A DNA stretch of 64,000 nt, taken from the NCBI GenBank assembly GCA_950097015.1, contig CATNEN010000038.1, forward strand, positions 30,070,001-30,134,000, given 5' to 3'. The stretch is from Macrostomum hystrix. Its lineage: Eukaryota > Animalia > Platyhelminthes. Below the pieces are notes generated by a model. It saw only the letters and a list, made by a program, of their open reading frames with translations. It had not been told where the DNA came from and did not search any database. Below, one piece after another: positions 55,941-64,000 of this stretch. The translations under genes were made by a program, and so were the position numbers. Numbering within the stretch: position 1 is the stretch's first letter; each line of letters opens with the position of its first letter.

Positions 55941-56888
55941 CAAGAATATCACTAAGAGGGAACTGCTAAACTCTAATCCCGGGGACGCCTAATTGACTGG
56001 AAGATACATACAGTTGCCTAATTTACCGCTCGCGCAATACAGACGCTACCAGATGGAGGAAGTAAACGCTACCAGTAGAGTGCTGAAGTTTACGAAAGAA
56101 ATAACGTTGAAGAATATTAAGAGTTAAACGACCCGTAAGGACCGCCAGTTTAAAACAAATCTACTGGATTGTGATAACAGCAGTGAGATAAAAGATAGCC
56201 CTAGTACAACTTTGGTGACAGCAGTCTAGTAAAGACCTGTAACTTTGATAACAACGGTTGGATTTTCTTATAAGGCCCATATTATATAATTTACCCCCTA
56301 TTACAACATTGGTGTCATTCGGTAGGATTTTAATTGGTATTTAATTTACCCGTATTACACAAATAAGGCTGTGTTGTACAGCTGCTCAGTTTACATGGGC
56401 TGCGAGTAACCAACCAAACTTATACCCTAAATGGTGGTATAACATAGACGAGTATTAACAAGTATTAACAATAATTAATAAGGTAGCTTTGCAAAGCGTC
56501 ATAATTTATTTTTCTGGTCTCCTGATGGCTGATCGTTTCGAACTTCAGGACCTCCTCACAAATAGTTGTCCATGCAGTTATAACATGCACTGCATTAAAA
56601 CGTCAATTTTAACTTGTTTAAATATTTGAGCGTGCATACTGGTATTTATAGCTACACATATGTATTTTAATTTTTCTGCATAGAAACTTTTTTATGTAAT
56701 ATCGTAACTTTATAGTTTAATCATGTAAAGCGCAAACATTATTTTAAGCGCAAAATAAAAGTACAACTAGGCTCACTTTGCGGTTCAGAGTAAAACTCTA
56801 ATTGCTCCATTTAGCGGTGAAATGATTTTCATGATTTTCAAATGAAATGGTCATCTCTTTCTATACAAACTAACTCATAGCATTTTAA

Positions 56889-58657
56889 CCCCGAGACTGC
56901 GGATGGCCTGCAGCGCAGGCCATGTGTTATGTCTATGGCCTGCGACTGTTTGTGCGTCTGCTTTCTGCCTCGTTTTGCATAACCGCACTTTGCGGCGATG
57001 GCCTGCAGAGCAGGCCATGGATGAGTAAGTATGTATAAGTTATCACCCACTTTTTTTATTTATTTTGGCCGGGAACGGCTGAGGACTCGTTTATTGGCCG
57101 AGGCGAAGCCGAGGCCAAGAAACGATGTCCGAAGACGTTTTCGGCCATAGATAAGTCAAACAAGTGGGTGATAATGTATTTATTCCACAGTTGAAGCCAG
57201 ATAATTGTCACCGGACCAGATAAATGTTTATCTGTCCCGGCCAGATTAATTTCAACGGCCAAATAAATAAATTTATCTGGTCTATGGGCCAATCCAACTG
57301 GGGAATAAATAATCTCTCCCGTTTATTCATTTATCTGTGGCCATCAGAACGACTGAGAACTTGTTTCTCGGCCGAGGCGCAGCCGAGGCCAGAGAAACGA
57401 GTTTGAAGTCGTTCTGGCCATAGACAAATGAATAAACGGGGGAGATAGTATTTTTCCCCAACTTGGCTCGGTATTGTGGAAAAAAGAACTATAGCTCAAC
57501 AGTCTATGGTTCTGATCGAAACGGTTCCAAATGAATCGTTTCCTCGTCCGGGACGAATAAATATTTCTTCGTCCCGGACAAATAAATGCTTCAACACTAG
57601 ACCATAGACTTATTTGACCGGGACAAGTGGGGGGATAAACAATGTTGGCACAAAGTTGAGCTCTATGGCACAGAAGCCAGCAATGGAAAATAGCAAGGAA
57701 CAGTAGTACATGTACGCTCGTATATTAAAGTATACGTTAGTTCGTTAGGTTACAGTTTGAAAAGGCGTTCGTCGTAGGCAATCAAAACTTTTGGATTAAA
57801 AAGTCAGCCTTGCCCCCCGGATGTCCCCGGATACTTTTCAATCTGCTACTCCTGACTATGCCAGTGTTTCAATGCTAACGTGAAGCTAACAGTTTAAATT
57901 TCAGAAGGTAGTATTAGGCGAGACAAGTGTAGATATTGTTCAGCGGCAAAATACAGAAAAGATTGTACGCTTTGTACGATCAACAGGGCCCGGTATGCCC
58001 AGAAACTCCGGATCCGGGTCAGGCTTCTGATCTTGACCTGCATCGCATGCCGTCCAATCGTTGGCTTCATGAAGGCCAGGTAAAATCTCGTTCTCGTCAA
58101 GTGGAGCCCCGCTATCGTGATCAGATTCATCTTCATCGTCTGTAAATAGACTATCTTCTTCTTCCAGCTCCGAGTCTGTATCGGGATCAAAAGCTGCGTC
58201 CACGGCGGCCATGTACAAAACCTTTTGGCTAATATCGTTTTGACTTTATGCTGCTGCCGGTCAGCAAGGGGATGACGTATAGTGGTTGATACGAGAGGTG
58301 CCAATTTGCTTGCTGAATGAAATAAATATTGACCCCAATTTGGCTTCAACAGTGATATAAATATGTGCGTTCAGGGGTTTGAATATCATGTACAATTCAA
58401 ACATTACCGATAAGTCAGTGATGAAATGTACATATCGCATGCTGAGAAGGGGGGAGAGAGTGCACATCAGGAAAATAGTTGAAGCAGCTAAAGTGAAAGA
58501 GAGCCATTTCATATGTGTGGGCTGTGGATATTAACGAAGAGCGCGCTACCGCAAACTAGGGCTATGGCTGCCCAGCGTGAAAATCGTCTATGGCCTGCAG
58601 GGCAAGCCATCTCGCAAACTACACGTATGGCATGAAATAAACTCCGCAGCTATAGGG
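56889..58657 (-). mobile_element. Non-autonomous piggyBac-like relic with a transposase 5' remnant
   Basis: TTAA|CCCCGAGACTGCGGA at the left end and TCCGCAGCTATAGGG at the right. Shared subterminal palindrome ATGGCCTGCAG.GCAGGCCAT at 56902, 56998 and 58589. Acidic ORF 57940-58218 (DTDSELEEEDS..W..PEFLGIPGP) resembles a piggyBac transposase N-terminus. Confidence 0.6.
57055..57645. mobile_element. Hairpin-rich non-autonomous element nested in the piggyBac relic
   Basis: Two related hairpins centred on GGCCGAGGCG(A/C)AGCCGAGGCC at ~57097 and ~57370. Confidence 0.45.
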
Positions 58658-59165
58658 TTTGTCTAATGATTTCTTAAATGTTTTGTCTAAACTGAGTTTT
58701 AAACAAATATCTGTTGTTTACTGTGTTTGCAAGCGAATGATTTCTATCAGGAATAGAAATTTTTAGATAACTTTTGATTGTTAAACAATTCAATCATCTT
58801 ATAATGATAATACTTAACAATTTGTTGATATTACTACCAGTAGTAGAAACCGCAATGTGAAGTTTTCTAATAGCTGAAAAGCTGAATTTAGTAACTATGA
58901 AAATCTTGCAATTAAATGTGACGCATAATTAAGCGCGCATGACATAAGTGGCACAAGCTCGCACTATCGCAAGCGCGCATTTTAAGTGTCTTGCAAGTAT
59001 CTGGTGCACTCAGAAAACTTGCCCCGCACCACCGCGCACCTCCACGCAAAACCACGAAGTGGAGCCTCGAGTTGGAGTTGCTGCAACTCAAATCGCGACT
59101 AAAGATAGGCTGAGGTGAGCAGCGCGTCAGTCTGACGGAGGCTTCCGTGGCGACTAGGATCGGCT

Positions 59166-61991
59166 TTGCGGAAGTCGAAAGTTCAATGTATCGACAGCGT
59201 CTCAGAATCATTCGATCCGCCGCTACCTGACGACGCCAACGTCACTTACGAGGCCCTTCTCGACGATCCGGAAAAGTTCCACAGTATTGACGGCATTAAT
59301 GTGCTCCAAGGATCTGTGGTCGTCCCAATTGGTGGTGTAACTAATTTGCACACCCTGACATGCTCCGCCGCTTGTATGTATGGCGACATGGTGCCAGGGA
59401 CTACTAAATACTCTAAATGTAAAAGTATTTAGTAGTCACTGCATGGATGGTGCTTGGATGGTATACCTTCAAGTCGGTACCTCGGCTGTTCTATTAGCTT
59501 CTCACAATAGGTTCGTCGAGCTTGACACTTTCTGACTGGCTGTGTCAGTACTCATGAACCGCAAGACAAACGACCAGTATTTAGCGGCACTAGGGCACTT
59601 TGTAATAAATAATAAAGAAAAAAGATATGCAGTTCGATTCCAGTTTAATCTAGCATGCGACTTAAAAAAATTTTCTTCGCATGTCATGTCAGCCTCGATA
59701 TCAAATGGGACACTGTCTGGTTGTCTCTAGGGCTTATCTCTTATTGCCGGATTCCAGATTTCATATTGTCGCTTTTAAGCCTAATGCTTTATGCGATTTT
59801 TTTTATGCTGCGATTCTAAAGAAACTACCGACCAGCGCTTATTCTTGTGTATGACTAAAAATGTCAATTAAAAGTAAAAATGCAAATGTCGCCTAGCTGA
59901 AGGCATTCCTACCGCAAATACAGAAAAAAAGCAGAAGACAAACGCAGACGAAAAATAAAAGAACAGAAAGAAATGTAAAATGCTTCGATGTTGGCTTAGA
60001 TTAATACAAGCGTAACAATAATAAACGTTATGCACTTTAAAACCGCTCAGACCTCAGTTCCAAAAGTTCTCTTAGCCCCGCCCTCTCTTGGGCCACACAA
60101 CGTACATTCGTGAATGTACATACCTATTTGTATACCCCTCTATACCCACACTGTATTTTTTAAGGCCCGACATCCAGCCCCGGCAAGAGCGCCCACCACC
60201 CCAACACCCACCCCCAAGCAAACATGCGAACGCCCGCGAAGGGGTGAGAGATTTGAACCTGGGGGGGGGATGAGAGGAGGACGAGTCGTTGGCCGCTTAT
60301 TTCTGTATTTCTATATAAACAGTCGTTTGAAGACAACCAAGTTCACGCTGTAGTTTTTGAAAATTCAAGCTATTTATTTTTGTTTTAATAAATTGAGTAA
60401 CAAAACATGCGCGAATCAACTGAAACTCTATGGTCTTTGCTGCAAAATCTCAGCTTTAAACAGGAGCAATCAGGAGCTGGAACTGGAGCTGGCATTCGCT
60501 CGTCAAACTGGCTAGAGGCAGCTGTGCTCGACTGCGGCTTCCTGCCATTGAAGCTGAGCCATCCGTGTCTAATTCAACAGGATCGGGGCCCGCTGTCTGG
60601 TCCTCAGGTTAGAAATATTTTAACAGTAGGAATACCAAACCATTTTTGCCGCCCGTTTTTATTCGAAGGGGTCCCCCCTAAAAACAATATTGGCAGCGAC
60701 CGAGTGCTAACTGACTGATGTGTTGACAGACTAGGCGATGGCGTCCTGTGGTTGAGCTGCGCCTAATATTGAGGCTTGATCAGTGAAATTAGAGAAGTTT
60801 GCGTCAGGGTGTCTATAGTGGCCTATTTCCACCTGTTGTAGCCATTGAAGGTCCAGCGAAGACGGAGATGATACAGGCACATTCGGGTGACGTGCTGATA
60901 GATTTTGAAGGCCTGGCAACTGGCAAGGTCGCACTGAGGCGCAGTGCTAATTCATGTATAGGGGTGTATGAAATACACTTAGCGCCTTCGGCCAGAACCA
61001 TTGAATATCTCGACGGTCTTAGGAGCTGGCGACTTGATTATTGTTTCAGAAGATGCGCAACAAAAAGTAAGCCCGTGTTCTTGAGTTTCGTGTAATTGTG
61101 TTGCTCCATTCGAATGCAGCACAAACATTTTTCTGGTGGCCTGGGAAATTTCCCCAACTTTGGTAGCTTTACTGCTGACAGAGCTTTGGAATCTGCTATA
61201 GTATTTGACTCACATGGGCATAAATTGGCTATAGACCGATAAGCCACTAGGATTTCTCTCCGAATCGAGCTCAGGACCTTGGCGCGAGAGGAAAACGAAA
61301 TAACCGCTACTCTACTACTCAACGACACCATTTAAACGTGGATTGTAAATTCGGCAGTAATTTTTTACTTAATAAAAATCTCATATTTGTTTAAATGCTT
61401 TGTGATGTTTTTCGCACTATTTCGAATTTCTAGTTAAATTCACTGCCTGGCCCGCTATTTAAGGTTGAAAAACTGTTAGGCGGCGTCTGTGTGTTCGGCT
61501 GCCTGGCGGACGGTCGCTGTCCGACTATAGCCGGCAGCGATCTAGTCCGCCGCGAGCTGGATCTAGTTCAGCACGGCGCCATCAAGACTGGCTTGAATGC
61601 GCTGCTTCGCGCATTGAGCATGGCCGAGAATGTTGCGAAGCCGGTCTGCCTGTTGCTGCAGCCGTGGCCAGAGACCGCTTCTCCGGTTTCTCCAGATAGC
61701 CTAGTCGAAGCCATTCGAAGCTTCTGGCCGAAGGACACCCGTTGCGGCTTCAGGGCAGCCGTCTTCCTGCTGCCGAAGGATCCGACTAAGGCGCCGGTGC
61801 GAGTGGAAATGAACTCGCTGACTCAAGGTGAGCGGCCTGCCGTCGAGGATATCCTGTTGCTGCCTGCAGCGGCTGAGGCTGCCCTTGAAGAGGACGCTTC
61901 GAATGGGCAGCCGGTCAAAGCGCGAGCTCTTCTCATCGCCTTCGAGATGGGCTCCGCCGCAGCGGCCAAAATGCGCTTCCGCGGCTCTTAG
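59166..61991 (+). pseudogene. Uncharacterised multi-exon gene, probably decayed (segments ~59170-59420, ~59510-59730, 60464-60607, 60730-61066, 61480-61991)
   Basis: GC-rich exon-like blocks with AG/GT borders. The 61066|GTAAG..TAG|61480 junction is in frame. In-frame stops at ~59533 and 60784-60792. Confidence 0.4.
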
Positions 61992-62037
61992 AGAGGCTCC
62001 AGGACTGGGGGCGATGTTCACTCATACCCTACTTTGT

Positions 62038-62170
62038 GAGACACACTGTCCACTGACCATCTACTGTAGGAACTGGGAGCTGATGGACCAGACACACTGT
62101 CCACTGACTAGACGCACTGTCCACAGATCAGACACACTGTCCACTGACAAGACACACTGTCCACTGACTA
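62038..62170. repeat. Short ~20-bp repeat (GACACACTGTCCACTGAC)
   Basis: About 5 copies. Confidence 0.8.
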
Positions 62171-63329
62171 GAACTTCAATGGATTTAGAATTATCTTTCG
62201 GAATCTTTCAGCCGACAAACATCAGGCTCTAAATATTTCAGCTGCAGTATATTCTCGTATAATATGTAACTGATAGATTCAATGCTGACCATACCTTACT
62301 AACTGTGGCTAACTGTCAACAGAGTTTCCTATCTTTTAACCGCTTTTTCGATCACTTCTTTGTGGGTAAATTTCCAAGTAGTTTCTAGCACTGTCTAGCA
62401 CCGATATTTATGAGCTAAGCTTAATCAATTATTTACGATAGTACACTATTGCGCATGTAAATTCTTTTCCTTATATCAATTATAAATTGCACGATGCAGA
62501 GCCACCAAATTATAATTTGGCCTCGCCTAGGATTCGATCTAGAAAGTCTCCTGCTACTGACGAAAACAGTAGTCATTGAAGCATGAAAACTTAGTATTCG
62601 AACAAAAATTCATTACGCAATAATTATAGGCCATATCAAACGATCAAGATCCAAACGATCGATCCAGTTTACTTTGAAATTTGAGATTTTGAAATTTAGA
62701 AATTTGCCGAAATCGATCAGTGAGCGTCGAGTCGATGAGAGTCGATGAGAAAATGTATTGACGACAAGAAAAAATACCAAAATAAGTAGTATTGACCGCA
62801 AAGTGACTCTTCCTGCTCTTCTGTGCTTCGAGGCTACCTGGCTAGTGTGAACTTGCTAGTGATTTTTTGTTACGCAGTGACGTACCGCATGAGCCTAAAT
62901 AAGTGCACCACGCGTGGTGGTGACTTAAGCTAGGCGTGACCAATAAAAAGAAAAGACAGTAAAAAGACGAGCAGGAAGGCCAATGGACAACACAGCTAGC
63001 TCCACTGAGCATTTTTCGTTGCTACGATGCCTCTGAATCACAGATGAACACGCATATGAACAAGCTGCCAAACTTGTGCAGAACTCAAGCTCTTGATTGA
63101 CACGAGTGATAATAAGATGCGCTTAGTAAGAGGGAAGGAGATACAGTACCCAGCAGAAGCATCTCCCTTTGGCTCCATCTATAGCTTGAGCTGTTCAATT
63201 GGACAACTCGGCACGAACGAATCAGTGAATTTCCGGGAACGGAGGAGCCATCCGGGTACTTATAGGACTAGAGAATCTTTTGGATTCTATTCATCGAAGC
63301 GAAAAGCACGACTACTTAAAAATATTGAA

Positions 63330-64000
63330 ATGCAGAACGACCAACTGCAGCAACACGGACCACATCACGCGGCAGGTAGGAATGGTACCTGTCAAAAATA
63401 CGCTACTGCTGATGGAGCGGGAGCCGCAGCGGACTTAGAAGTCGGGCCATCTCATCGACAGACTCAGACTCTGCGAATCGCAGTCCTCGGCGCTCCGGCA
63501 GTTGGCAAGACCAGCCTAGTTCGCCAGTTTGTCCACTGCGATAGACCAGATGTTTACGAGCCGACAGTCAAGCCAATTGTACATAGGCCGACAATCTCAG
63601 TGAACGATCGCACCTACGATACCCGACTAGTTGATTGTCCGCCGTTGGAGTACTTTCCGGAGGACTCGCTACAGGAGTTTGCCAGCTGCTACCGGGGCTG
63701 CGGCCTGCGCTCAGCGACAGCCTACATCCTGGTGTTTGACCTATCGGACGAGCTCAGCTTCCAGTACGTGAGGCAGGTTCGACAACGCCTACTAGACCAG
63801 GGTCTGTGCGCTCCGACACTGGTTGTTGCCAACAAGGCGGACCTGTCCACTGACGCTTCTAGCCGCAGTAAAGAGGCCGGTAAGAGCGGAAGCAAAACTG
63901 AAATTAGTAACATGGTGCGCAAACAATGGAAGTGCCCGTATGTTGAATGCTCGGCTAAATACAACTGGCGAGTGGGCGGTGTGTTTCGCGAATTATTCAA
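63330..64000 (+). CDS. RASL10B: Ras-like protein family member 10 (RASL10A/B-like) small GTPase, 3' truncated by the window
   Basis: Open frame from ATG 63330 to the window end (missing from the ORF track because it has no stop): LRIAVLGAPAVGKTSLVRQF, DCPPLEYFPEDSLQEF, GLRSATAYILVFD, VVANKADL, VRKQWKCPYVECSAKYNWRV. Confidence 0.9.
   Translation, partial: MQNDQLQQHGPHHAAGRNGTCQKYATADGAGAAADLEVGPSHRQTQTLRIAVLGAPAVGKTSLVRQFVHCDRPDVYEPTVKPIVHRPTISVNDRTYDTRLVDCPPLEYFPEDSLQEFASCYRGCGLRSATAYILVFDLSDELSFQYVRQVRQRLLDQGLCAPTLVVANKADLSTDASSRSKEAGKSGSKTEISNMVRKQWKCPYVECSAKYNWRVGGVFRELF

Noticed and set aside
56515-56555. Hammerhead-ribozyme-like core on the minus strand (CTGAAG..CGAAAC)
   Set aside because: Lacks the full CUGANGA core, stem II and a convincing stem III cleavage triplet.
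63722-64000. Minus-strand 92-aa ORF, and other antisense ORFs such as 3112-3693 and 54316-54819
   Set aside because: Shadows of real plus-strand coding exons (RASL10-like, coiled-coil and Cys-loop genes).

Overview
Eukaryotic (animal) genomic DNA with GT-AG introns. Poly-Q-rich proteins, dense intronic minisatellites and a flatworm-type chloride channel suggest a flatworm such as Macrostomum (inference). Genes were assembled by hand from splice signals and reading-frame phase: (1) the 3' part of a long coiled-coil protein gene (+, to 3678); (2) an intronless protein with two Cys/His-SET repeats (+, 4664-6115); (3) a 12-exon, ~1387-aa kinase-less ROCO gene, Neuralized(NHR)-Roc-COR-Death-TIR with a CaaX-like end (-, 26830-10035); (4) a ~20-exon FAM186-like coiled-coil gene (+, 28524-49563) with a 7-nt microexon and a nested antisense ORF (42112-41027); (5) an anion-selective Cys-loop receptor subunit (+, 51057-54963); (6) a decayed or unknown gene at ~59-62 kb; (7) a RASL10-like small GTPase running off the window end. 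There are two tRNA-derived SINE families, a piggyBac relic, MITE-like elements and many minisatellites. The most striking observation is that one ROCO intron (19720-20026) is essentially a whole SINE inserted into a poly-Q coding tract. Its 5' splice site comes from the SINE head and its 3' splice site from the target-site duplication, suggesting intron gain by a retrotransposon. All calls are by eye, with no database searches.
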